DNA of 64,000 nt, from assembly GCF_006345805.1 (NCBI RefSeq), contig NC_043007.1:5022001-5086000 (forward strand), written 5' to 3'. The notes beneath the pieces were generated by a model. The model did no database searches, was not told the origin of the DNA, and saw only the letters and a list, made by a program, of their open reading frames with translations. The DNA is from Octopus sinensis. Lineage: Eukaryota. This document shows, piece by piece, positions 52,101 to 63,100 of this stretch. The first letter of the stretch is position 1, and each line of letters starts with the position of its first letter. Made by a program: the position numbers and the translations under genes.

Positions 52101-54683
52101 TATATATGCGGAGATTTGTATGTTTTGTTTTATGCATGTCTTCTCATGCATATCTAGACATGCTCATATATACTTAAATGATAAACTTCTGAAAAGTTTT
52201 ACAGATTTCTACAGTTCCAGTGATGGTTGAATCTACAGCCTTTGAGTCAGCTTTCTCATTTCTATGTTTGAGAAGCCTAATTCCTCTAGATTGGTATTTA
52301 GGCAGTGTCACATATCTGCTACATCCGCACTACGGTTCTGTAGAGGACAGCAAACCTAGCGATGAGACTGACAATATTTTTGAGCTTCCAGCAGATCATC
52401 CAATGGAAATGCTGGAAGAAGTGCCACAAATTCAGAGACTGACCAGACCACTTCTATCCAAAACCAAACCGCTTGTACCAGAGTATGAACCAGACAACTC
52501 AAGACAATCCAAAAGAACACCCAAGCCTAGAAAGAGACTTAGTTATTGATTCTTTTAGTGTAGCATCAGTTTTGGTGGGGAGCTGTTCTGGCAATCACTG
52601 GCCAATAGAATCCAAAGTTCTGGAACTCATAAGAATGTCCACAAGACATCTTAATTGTTGTTTATGTTATTATTAGTCTTGCATTTTACAGTTGGAATAA
52701 ACAGACTTCACACCTATCTAGTGCCCAAATAATTACAGGTATAAACCTGAACTTGTAGTATATATGTATGTCTTTTCTGTATTTAATCATTTAAATTCTC
52801 CTTCTGAAGAAGGAGCTATTTTCTACCAGAGATACTAAGTTCCATCTTTGAAATGTAGATAATGAAAACGATGTCACATTTTAAACCTGAGAGAAGTCTT
52901 GCATAATTTTACCATTCCGCTTACTGATTGTATTTGTAATGTGCGAATCAGTTGGTTTATTCCTTCCTCTGAAAATCCAAGCTTATCCAGACTGACAGTT
53001 AGGCATTTGCTTACAAAATCAAGTGCTCCAAATACTATCGGTATAAATGTAAATTTGTAATCCAGGTAGAGGAGAAGCTGGAGGTCCATAGCTATCTCCT
53101 CTCTCTTTGATTCTCAAAGAGATATTCCCATTAGCAGAACAGCTGACCTCTATGATGGTCCTTACTTTTTCATGTTCAACTCAAACAGTATACGACCTGT
53201 TATGTTTACATTTGACAGATGTTTTGACGGGAATGTTCCACCAGTCTCCCTTGTGCTGGAATTTGTGTATGTTTTCAGTAACAGGACGATTCTCTACATT
53301 TATTCAAGGACAGTCTCAAATAAATGACATTGTGCATTTGGTTTTGTGGTGTCATGTTGCACAGACAAGTACTACCTTGGTATGTATGTATCTATGCATG
53401 CATGAATGTATACTTATATATGTGTGTATACATGATGGACTCTCCTGCTGGATTTGATGCCCAGCACATGCATTCCTCACTGTGTCTCTAGGAAGAGTCT
53501 TCAATCATTTTCTTGATCTTGGTCTTGCAGCCAGAGTGGTTGGTGTGTCTCTAAACCACAACCCACGCCTAATAAATCCATTGGATTACAACTGGAGGAA
53601 TTAGGAGGCCAGAAATCGTGGCTGATGAAGTCACAGAAATGTTTGGTCAACCACATGTCTGGAGGTATAGCAAGGATCCAAAACCTGCTGAGACACATAT
53701 GACCTTCCAGCAGCAGCAGCCCTCTCCAGCCAACGTTTGACCACAATCTCCTGCAGCTTCACACAGCTGCCAGAATTGAACCTAAAGGTCTTGTTCATCC
53801 CTTGTTGGATTAATTCTGGCATACAGATGCAGTTGGGATGCTTGTTGTGTTCCTTTCTGTTGGCGTCATGTCTTCCAGTCTTTACTGTGTTCAAAGAGCT
53901 TTGAGCAACAATCCTGATATTGGCAGTTTCATATCTGCTACAAATCATCATGATACAAAAAGAGACCGATTCAGTTGGCCTCCACTCCTCCATTTCAGCC
54001 ATCTTTCTCTCAACTCCATCTTTAATTTTTATGCTCTCCAACACTGTTCAGTGTTCACCGATACATCATGGTACCTGTAAAAAAAAAAAGGAGATTTATA
54101 CAAGAATCTTTTTTGATCACTACAATCATTTTAACCCATCTCAATAGAGATTCTTGCATCTTCCATCTCTCTCATTAATTACATTCCTAACAAACACTAA
54201 GCCAATGAACATGCTTTACTGGCAAACTATCAGGTGTATTCCATACAATTTATTAAATACTACATATATGTTTGTGTGTGTGTGTGTGTGTGTATTAGCA
54301 TTCTTTCATTTCCATTATGGCAAGTGTCAAGTTTGTCGTGTCAGCTGATTTCCTAACAAATGTCATTTTTAGCAATTTATGGAAATATATTTTTTTTATA
54401 CTTTTGCATTTGACAATGTCATTCATATACTGGAGATTGCCAAACACACACACACACACACACACATATACACGCACATATACATTGTCAAACACAAAAA
54501 TATATAAATACTAAATGCAAAAAATTTGCCAAGAATGATTTCGTGTGTTGGGGAATCATCTGGCACAGATTAGATGCTTACCATACTCGAAATGAAAGAA
54601 TGCCAACCACCAGTGTACGTTTGCATACATCTCCATTATGCAGTGGTGCAGCAGTAAGATACCGAAAGAAGGAGTAATAGGGT
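45270..54683 (-). CDS. Candidate unannotated gene; exons 54582-54683, 48231-48293, 45270-45465 (possibly also 51847-51934)
   Basis: Open, phase-compatible AG..GT segments: PYYSFFRYLTAAPLHNGDVCKRTLVVGILSFRV-W-AHDMSITSSDVVPVHDFIYV-F-VRFRDHLSLSDRMFSLNLSFWDCKGIAFSVRRDELTTDPGEAILPVNVAGILQFTGYVPPPHPHM. Start and end unresolved. Confidence 0.4.
46398..47072. mobile_element. Old non-autonomous DNA transposon with terminal and subterminal inverted repeats
   Basis: GGGCTAGGGCAGT / ACTGCATTAGCCC; ATGTTTTAGATG..GATTACGAATAT versus its reverse complement near 47010-47040. Confidence 0.5.
47794..47849. repeat. Perfect 25-bp inverted repeat with 6-nt spacer
   Basis: TTTTCTATTTGTCATTTTGTTGTTA-ttctct-TAACAACAAAATGACAAATAGAAAA. 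Confidence 0.9.
47995..48200. mobile_element. Tc1/mariner-type MITE with an internal ~80-bp tandem duplication
   Basis: TA TSDs; TIR CAGGGTGTCCACGAAGTCTG perfect at both ends. Confidence 0.9.
49238..49470 (+). mobile_element. Inverted-repeat element (~80-bp arms) with a degenerate hammerhead-like loop
   Basis: Arms 49238-49315 / 49382-49470; loop contains TTGAAAA-TG-GGGT(CATA)ACCT-A-GAAA-TATT. Confidence 0.55.
49690..51410 (+). mobile_element. Decayed Penelope-like element (RT + GIY-YIG endonuclease, 3' hammerhead-like motif)
   Basis: Frameshifted YPQVSGVAM..GPNY..GYIE, RYIDD, HYKHTDSHS..SSHP..SIPY.QFLRLHRLCS, FKQTYNLHDLLAHS, CTSSSVIYCISC..LYIGQTGR; motif at 51313-51348. Confidence 0.85.
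52300..52752 (+). mobile_element. Possible Gypsy 3' remnant (pol tail, PPT, LTR)
   Basis: RQSKRTPKPRKRL pol-tail motif; GGTGGGGAG followed by TGTTC; AATAAA at ~52696. Confidence 0.4.
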
Positions 54684-55964
54684 CTGTTTATATAATTAAA
54701 CTCCTCATCGGCACCATTTGAGTGGGATCATTACTAGCATCGCCTTACTGGCACCTGTGCTGTTGGCATGTGTAAAAAAAAAAAAATTCGACCGAGGTCA
54801 TTGCCAGTACCGCCTGACAGGCCCTCATGCTGGTGGCATGTAAAAAGCACCCACTACACTCTCGGAGTGGTTGGTGTTATGAAGGACATCCAGCTGTAGA
54901 AACTCTGCCAGATCAAGATTGGAGCCTGGTGCAGCATTCTGGCTCGTCAGTCAAAATTGTCCAACCCATGTTAGCATAGAAAGCAGACATTAAACGATGG
55001 TGATGATGATGATGATGATGGTGCACCAGTATGGCCACAGTTCAATGACTGAAAGAAATAGCAAAATAAAATAATGAATGTGCCAAGTATATGCAAATGT
55101 TATTTGTTTTTGATTTCACTTTGGAGTCCATCTTTATATGTAGAATAATAACAAGATTGTCCCAAGACATTGAAAACAACAATTCTGAATGTGCAGAATA
55201 TTTCTGTCTAACTATTTCCTTCACTTACTCTGTTGGTATAAAAATTTATGATCCCTGTGCCGGTGGCACGTAAAAGCACCCACTACACTCTCGGAGTGGT
55301 TGGCATTAGGAAGGGCATCCAGCTATAGAAACTCTGCCAGATCAGATTGGAGTCTAGTTTGCCAGACCTCAGTCAAATCGTCCAACCCATGCCAGCATGG
55401 AAAGTGGACGTTAAATGATGATGATGATGATGATATAATGTATATATAGGTTCCTCTCTATTCATATATAGAATGATGGAGTAGGTGGTGTAGGCATACT
55501 CTTAGCAGAAAAGTGGGTAGGTAAGGTAATTGAGGTAGTCAGAGTATATGATAGGGTAATTAATCTGAGATAAATTAACAGTTAGAGTTATCTCTGCCTA
55601 TGCTCCACAGCCTGGGCTGACTGATGACCAGAAAGACCAATTTTCAGAAAACCAGCCTCCATCACTTATCAGTCTGGTGGGTATATAAGCCAGATTGATT
55701 ACTTCCACATCGGGTAATGAGATAAGCAGATGCTTGTGAATGTGAAGTCTTTCCCAGGTGAAGAGTGTACAACCCGACATAGGTCACTAGTTGGTGACTT
55801 CAGAATTAGGAAGGGCATCCAGCTATAAAAACCCTGCCAAAACAGACACAGGAGTTTGGCACAGTCTTCTGCTTGGCCAGCTCCAGTAAAACCATCCAAC
55901 CCAAGCCAGCATGGAAGGCAGATATTAAACAATGGTAATGATGATACACACACATCATCATCAT

Positions 55965-56335
55965 CATTGTTCAACCGTGGTCGAGATAATGGAATTTACC
56001 ATGTTACGCCAGACTTCATGGTCCATCATAGCATTACGTAGGTCCTGTTGCTGGATGCCTGTATCCCTGGAGATTACATCAGGGTAGGAGAAGTGTACGC
56101 CCTCTGGTATCACGAGCAGATGGCTTCCAGAGGAGAAGAGTAGAAACTACCTCGTTTTCAGCTCTACAACAATGTCCAGCAAACTGGACTCTTCTACCTT
56201 TCACAAGAGGTGATACAGGTGGTAATTTCCCATATATTTGTACTTTGGTTGGATGATGCTTCCACGAGAGATTTTGAGCTCTCATAAGGAGGCGGGTGTA
56301 AGTTCCATCCAACCGCCTCTCAAGCTTCTTTGATA
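55965..56335 (-). mobile_element. 3' end of a second RTE-like LINE family
   Basis: RRLDGTYTRLLMRAQNLSWKHHPT..RRVQFAGHCCR; (GAT)n tail. Confidence 0.7.
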
Positions 56336-56911
56336 ACACACATACACACACACCCACTAAAGGATTCTTTCATAGTTTCTGTCTACTTAGTCCACTCACA
56401 AAGCTTTGGTTGGTCTGAGACTAGAAGAGACCTGCCTAATGTGCCATGCAATGTCCCCGAACCAAATAATATCAAAATATAATAATATCTAAATAATAAT
56501 AATGTTATCAATTTGTGGGAAGAGAGTTGAAATTATTATTGATCCCCATCTGAGCATGATTGTTGCCAGAGCAGCCAACTGGCTCCGTACTGGTGGCACA
56601 TAAAAGGGCACCATTCGAGCGTGATCATTACCAATGTCGCCTTACTGGCACCTGTGTCGGTGGCATGTGTAAAAAGATTCGAGCGAGATCATTGCCAGTA
56701 CTGCCCTGACTGGCCTCCGTGCTGGTGGCATGTAAAAAGCACCCACTACACTCTCGGAGTGGTTGGCATTAGGAAGGGCATCCAGCTGTAGAAACTCTGC
56801 CAGATCGAGATTGAAACCTGGTGCAGCCATCTGGTTCGCCAGCCTTCAGTCAAAATCATCCAACCCATGCCAGCATGGAAAGCGGATGTTAAACGATGAT
56901 GATGATGATGA

Positions 56912-57557
56912 TGTGTGGGAAGAGGGTTGAAAGTGTGACTCACATTGTTAGTGCTTGTGAAAGTCTTGCTCAGAAAGAGTACAAGCGTAGACACGACAAG
57001 GTAGCCTAAAAACCTCCACTGGCTACTATGCCATAAGTATGGATATGAGGTTACAGGTTCTTGGTATACCGGAAAAAGGGGAAGGCAAAAATCCTCTGGG
57101 ACTTTAGCTTCTAGACAGAAAAGGTATTAGAGCCCCAAAGGGCAGATATAGTAACCTTTAGGAGGGACAAACAAGAGTGCCTAATAATTGACGTGGCAGG
57201 GCCAGGAGATCAACATGTTATCATGAAAGAAGGAGAAAAGGTTGATAAATATGGAGACCTGAGAATTGAGATTGCTGAGATGTGACAGGTACGAATAACA
57301 GCTTTATCTCCATTGTCGTGGAAGCACTGGGTTCAATACCACCCAATCTGAAAAAAAACATCTGGAAACTTTAGAAATATTCTACAATCTTGGTGTATTG
57401 CAAAAGTCAGCTTTTCTTGGAACAGCACACATATTGTACTGTCTGTCTGAGGTCCTTGTTGTGACTTGATAAACAGTACAAACCTCCAGTAGACACAATG
57501 TCTTCAATCAACCTCACAATATTGTAGACTGTGCGACGTCTATAATAATAATAATAA
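56912..57557 (+). mobile_element. R4/Dong-type (restriction-like endonuclease) LINE 3' end
   Basis: CGKRVESVTHIVSAC..EYKRRHDKVA, ILWDF, LIIDVA.PGD..EKVDKY, IVV.ALG; (AAT)n tail. Related fragments at 12400-12650 (+) and 52874-53360 (-). Confidence 0.8.
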
Positions 57558-57993
57558 CTTTTGGGAATCTGTTGGAATTCATGTTTCATAAATGCTTTTA
57601 AACTTCATAGCATTTAGTTTGTTAAAAATTTCGCTTTCAATTTTATTCCATAGTGTAGATTGTTAAAAGCATAACACTCAAACTTGTTTCATCATGTTAA
57701 AGATTTTGATTGTGTTTTTGACTTGGTTCCATAGTTAAGGTCATTTAAAGCATAATGCTTGAACACATGACTGCAATAGCAAATAGAATAACATTATAGA
57801 TAATGATTGTAATGATGATGATGATGGTGTCTGATTTGGGCACAAGGTCAGCAGGTACTTTCTTTTACCAAAAGAATAAAAAAAAGCAAAGTTGACCCTC
57901 ACAAGATTTGAACTCAAAATGTAGAGAACCAGAAGAGATGCAAAGCTCTCTAATGATTCTGCTAATCCATATGATAATAATATATTATTATTA

Positions 57994-58220
57994 TTTCCGT
58001 ACACCTAGGGTAGAGAAGCTCATTGCATACATTCCCAGATTACACATGCAAATTCACAGGTAAAATATGTATTTAAAAAATAAATAAATAAATAAATTCA
58101 CAACATCCATTCATGAATTTATTTATTTATTAATTTTTTAAATACATATTTTACCTGTGAATTTGCATGTGTAATCTGGGAATGCATACAATGAGCTTCT
58201 CTGCCCTAGGTGTATGGAAA
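57994..58220. repeat. Long near-perfect inverted repeat (~107-bp arms, 13-nt spacer)
   Basis: 57994-58100 versus 58114-58220. Confidence 0.9.
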
Positions 58221-58261
58221 ACACTTGGCGAGAAACAGAAGAAAATTTGAAGAAAGAAGGA

Positions 58262-58296
<35 letters not shown>

Positions 58297-59587
58297 AACA
58301 TATAGTTTCACAAGGCCTGAAATCATGGGTGGAGGGGGTTAGTCAATTACTTTGACCCCCCCAGTGCTTAACTGGTACTTATTCTGTTGCCCATTCTTCC
58401 CACCAAAAGGCTGAAAAGTAAAATAGGCCTCAGCAGAATCCAACCACAGGACGTAAAGATGGAGAGGCATTTCGTCTGACATTCTGGCAATTCTGTCAAC
58501 TCAGCGCCAATGAGAATGTTGGTTTCAATTTTTGGCAGAAGGCCAGTAAGTTCAGGGGAGGGCTTAAGTTGAATTACAGTGACCCCCAACACTCACTTGG
58601 TTCTTATCAATCCTGAAAGGCAAAGTCAACCAGTCGACCTTGGTGGGATTTGAACCGAGAATGTAATGATGGACAAAGTGCCATTCAGCATTTCATTTGG
58701 TAAGCTAACGATTCTGCCAGTTTGAAGCCTTACCACCAATGATCATATATTGATGATGATGATGAGGATGATGATTATAATACAAATAATAACTGGATGA
58801 AATATACACAATAAATACAAAACTTGATCTGAATTCAGATTAGGACATAAATACCATGTAATTTGCTTTTTTTTTCTTATTTTCTTTTTCCTTTCTTTTT
58901 TTTTTACTGATTGATACAACATAGAATTTCATTTCAGTGAGTCTTCTGTTCTTTTTGTTTTTCATTAAAAAATATTTATAACTATATGCATATATGATAT
59001 TAAGCATGTAAACACATGTTTATCTTTTTTTTTAATTGTTTTTCCGTTCATATACATAGTTGTCTTTATTTTTTATTTTTTTGATTAATTTATTTTGTTT
59101 TATTTTGATTTTTGAATTTCTCTTATGAAAATGTTGTTTGCTGCATGTATGTATAAACAAATATATGTGTATGAAATAAAAATAAATAAAAACCTAAAAA
59201 AAAAAACCAAACAAACAAACAGCTTAGCCAAAAGTTGTTGTTTACGGTAAATAGACTTATTGATTATTTTTAACCCCATCTTTGGACAGCAATCTTAAAA
59301 AAAAAACATTTATATCTACACTATGTTTCAATCAGTTTGATATCTGATTGTCATCGGGTGTTGTATTACAGGATACACACACACACACACACCCATCCAC
59401 ACGCACACAAAATAACAGACAAGACTGATATTCAATTGTTGATATCCACTCAGGAAATATCCAATCATCAGGATATGTATACAGTAGCGGACGAGATTGA
59501 TATTCAATCAATTGATATCTGAACAGTTTGATATCCAATTGTCACCAGGTGTCATATTATAGTATATGTATATAGTAGCAGACCAAA

Positions 59588-59790
59588 TTGATATCAGATC
59601 AGTTTGATATGTGATCAGTTAATATCTGATCAGTTTGATATTTGATCAGTTAATATCTAATCAGTTTGATATCTGATCAGTTGATATCTAATCAGTTTGG
59701 TATCTGATCGGTTAATATCTAATCAGTTTGATATCTGATCAGTTTAATATAAGATCAGTTGATAACTCATCAGTTTGATATCTGATCATC
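59588..59790. repeat. Minisatellite of ~15-17-bp units GATATCTGATCAGTT(T)
   Basis: About a dozen tandem units; looser copies back to 59330. Confidence 0.85.
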
Positions 59791-60409
59791 GTCATTTACA
59801 GCATAAATATATAATAGCAGAACAGATTCAGCAGCCTAGTGGATAAGAGCATCATAATCCTTAGTTTAAAAATAAAAGTTACTGGTTCAAACTCAGGCCA
59901 GTATTATGTACAGGTTCAGGAGTAAGACACCTGGTGGCGATTGGAGATCAAACTGAATGAAATGTAAATATTTCTTTTTTTTGTTTCAACATAGGCACAA
60001 GGTCATAATTTTCAAGGAGTGGGCACAATCGATTATATTTAGCCCCAGTACTCGACTGGTACCATATCTTATCGACCCTGGAAGGATAAACAGCAAAGAT
60101 GACCTTGGTGGGATTGGAACTCAGAACATAAAGGGACATAACTAAACACCACAAAGCGATTTGCTTGAAGCTCTAGCGATTCTGTCAATGCAGTAAGTAT
60201 TTGCTTTTTTTAAAAAAAAACCTCTTCAATTCCAAAGATGGCATTAGTAGTTTGATGAATAACTATTTGATTGATCACTCATCACTCTTGTAGAATTTTG
60301 ATGCTTGACACTTTTGTTTAAGATGAAGTCTGTATGTATATCCCTTCCTGACCATCACCCACAATTTTTTATAATAATAATAAAAAAGAATTTTTTTGTC
60401 ATGATGACA

Positions 60410-60661
60410 TCAGCAGTGATTATCATTATCTGAAATAGCATAAGCCACATTTTCATCGAATCTTAACGTTTGACTCCGCTGGATATGTCTTTTGTGTGGA
60501 GAAGACTTTGGTTGGGATATTGCTGATGACACTGGTGAGGAAGACGAGGATGAAATGGATCCAGAAGAGGGTTCCGGACAGGCCCAGCCGCCTGCAGAAC
60601 CTGCTGTGTGTATACTTTGGTAGCATTCTTCTCGATTCAATAAGGCACCGAAAATGTAAGG
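60410..60661 (-). CDS. GRAMD4: Terminal coding exon of a GRAM-domain protein, GRAMD4-like (rest of gene beyond window)
   Basis: Poly-T tract + tttcag acceptor, phase 0: PYIFGALLNREECYQSIHTAG... resembles, from memory, the GRAMD4 GRAM C-terminus (PLVFGAMVHRDEAFETI); Ser-rich tail, then TGA. Confidence 0.75.
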   Translation of the reverse strand, partial: PYIFGALLNREECYQSIHTAGSAGGWACPEPSSGSISSSSSSPVSSAISQPKSSPHKRHIQRSQTLRFDENVAYAISDNDNHC

Positions 60662-61195
60662 CTGAAATAAAAAAAAAAAAAATGTGTTTCAATTTGGGTG
60701 AAATTCTCATGAAAATAATGAAAAGGTGTAAGAATGTGATGCTATATGCACAGACACATTCACACAAGAAAAACCTTCAAATGAATACAAAAGCTTGAAA
60801 TGATGTGATGTAATATATGAGTGTGTATATGTATGTATGAATACATATATATATATCACTGTGACCGACCAGGCTATCAGATGTTGCTACACATCGCTGG
60901 TCACAATGCGCTTTGCACTGTTGTAGCCTTCAAATGACGCCACCCCACAGGCTAAGCGAGCAGGTCAACAGAAGAAAGAGTGAGAGAAAGTTGCGGCGAA
61001 AGAGTACAGCAGGGATCACCGCCACCCCCTGCCGGAGCCTCATGGAGCTTTAGGTGTTTTCGCTCAATAAACACTCACAACGCCAGGTCTGGGAATCGAA
61101 ACCACAATCCTACGACTGCGAGTCCGCTGCCCTAACCACTGGGCCATTGCACCTCCACACACACACACACACACACAAGAGAGGGACAGACACAG

Positions 61196-61232
<37 letters not shown>

Positions 61233-62269
61233 TACATACACACACACACACATATGTATCCACCTTTATGCAAAAATACATGCATCTTTGCACACACATA
61301 TTTATGTGTGTATTTGCATGCAAATAAACATATATGTACATTCATACACACACATACATACATGTACATAGAATTTCTTCTGGGACTATACAAAAGTTTA
61401 TATCATAATATACGTATAGCTACACGCATGCACAAAAAACACCCATACATACAAAAATACACATAAAACAGTTCTTGAGTGATTGCAAAAGCTTATATGA
61501 TATATGCAAACACGTGTGTGTGTGTGTGATGCAAATGAATAAATATGAATTGGAACCTTTATACGTGTGACAACATTAATTCAAAGTAACTCAATAAAAT
61601 TTTAGTTGCGTTTCACATGCACCCCATTTTGTGTTAATTGCTATAGCATGCTGTGACACGGAGAGTTAATTGCAGTAAAATGCTATTAAAATAAATGAAA
61701 CTCATTTGATAATAGAACACAAGAAAAGAGAATAAAACCATACTCAAAAGGCATTAGAAGAATATCAGAGACTTCATAAATCAAGTGGTTAACTTTTTAT
61801 AATAAATGCCACTCACACACACACACACACACATTTAGTGAAGGCAAGGAACAAAAAGAAAAAGGAGGCGGGACAAGTGTTAACAAACATTGTATTAATT
61901 TAGTACTTAAAAAGAAAAAGAGTTTTAACATTTTGGACACTAGTCCTTTGTCAGTGGAAAAGTAAAAAGATTGTGGATGAAGAAAAGTGGACATATATGC
62001 ATATATTTGAATATATGTGTGTATGGAAGTCTGTTTACAAATACATATGTACAGAAAATTAAGTTAATCAGTTACCATTCAATTAAATATCTCTGTATTA
62101 TTGAAGGTGTAAAACACAAAGCTAATATATCCTGATATAGAAATATGCACACACACAGTATATTCATTATACATATGTGTATATATATATATATGTCTGT
62201 ATATATGAATTTTTTGTGTAATGAGATAAAAAAAACCAAGGCTGTGTAGATATTAGAACATTTATAGAT

Positions 62270-63100
62270 AGAAGGTCTTACAGCTGTTTCCAGGATATTT
62301 ATTAATTATATCCCTTCATCGGAGACGGTGTGAGAGGAAAAGTTAAGACATAGTTAGTTTCGTCTGTATATATATCTATAAATGCATATATATACATATA
62401 TGTCTGTATATGCATTTATATGTATATATATTTTTACATACAGTTCAATATATGTCTGGTTATAGAGTGAGAATGATTTTGCATTCCTAGAGTGCTTAGC
62501 TTTATATATGATTTGTTAAACTCTGACGGCAGAGGATATATAATCCCTCTTCAAACTGGAGGTAGAAATCTGGTATGGTCAGTTAATTTGTAAAAAAAAG
62601 GATAAAAATACCTTTTGAGGTTTAGACAAGATTAGTTATCTCCCTTAGACCAGTTCTGTTGACAAACAGGGAATCTGTGCCCTTTGGCTGTTTCCAGCCT
62701 CTGAGGATGTCTTCTGGTTCGAATCAATAAATGGGGGATCTCATGCTTGCAGCAGGTAGCAATTGAAAATGGGGGCTGGGGATATAGATATCATGTTTAA
62801 AATTTAAGAGAAAACTGGGTCCAGGGAGTCTTTAAAGATACTTATTTGCTCTGCTATGCAAAGTTTGCTTTGTCCCTTCCTGTTTATTTAGGACCCTGGC
62901 TGCTCTATGATCCTCCATTTAATTTTGTATGGGGTTCTCTCATCCTTAAGGCACCATACATGGCTGGCCAGGGATGAGATGTAACAGACTGTCTTTCCAC
63001 AATCCTGAAAGAGGACCTATGGTTGTATAGGTCCTGCTTAAGAGCAGTTCCTGCTGACCTGATATACCTCCAGACTTGAGAGCTGGTTGTGTTCACACAT
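62270..63100 (-). mobile_element. Decayed Penelope-like element 3' part (GIY-YIG endonuclease + downstream hammerhead)
   Basis: YIRSAGTALKQDLYNHRSSFRI / SHVWCLKDERTPYKIKWRIIEQ..KLCIAEQISI..LLNFKHDI fits the PLE GIY-YIG pattern (YIG..FK.R..H..SF; IKW.I; C.LC..EK; LLN). Confidence 0.7.
62275..62326 (-). ncRNA. Type I minimal hammerhead ribozyme motif
   Basis: GTCT-CCGATGA-A-GGGATAT(aattaataa)ATATCCT-G-GAAA-CAGCTG-TA-AGAC: stem I GTCT/AGAC, 7-bp stem II, palindromic stem III, GUA cleavage triplet; U4C core change. Confidence 0.7.

Noticed and set aside
52804-52858. CTGAAGA...GAAA hammerhead-like motif
   Set aside because: Stem II is out of register with GAAA and stem I is unconvincing; too weak to count
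53622-53645. CTGATGA...GAAA hammerhead
   Set aside because: No stems; it is the antisense of the transposase segment FCDFISH
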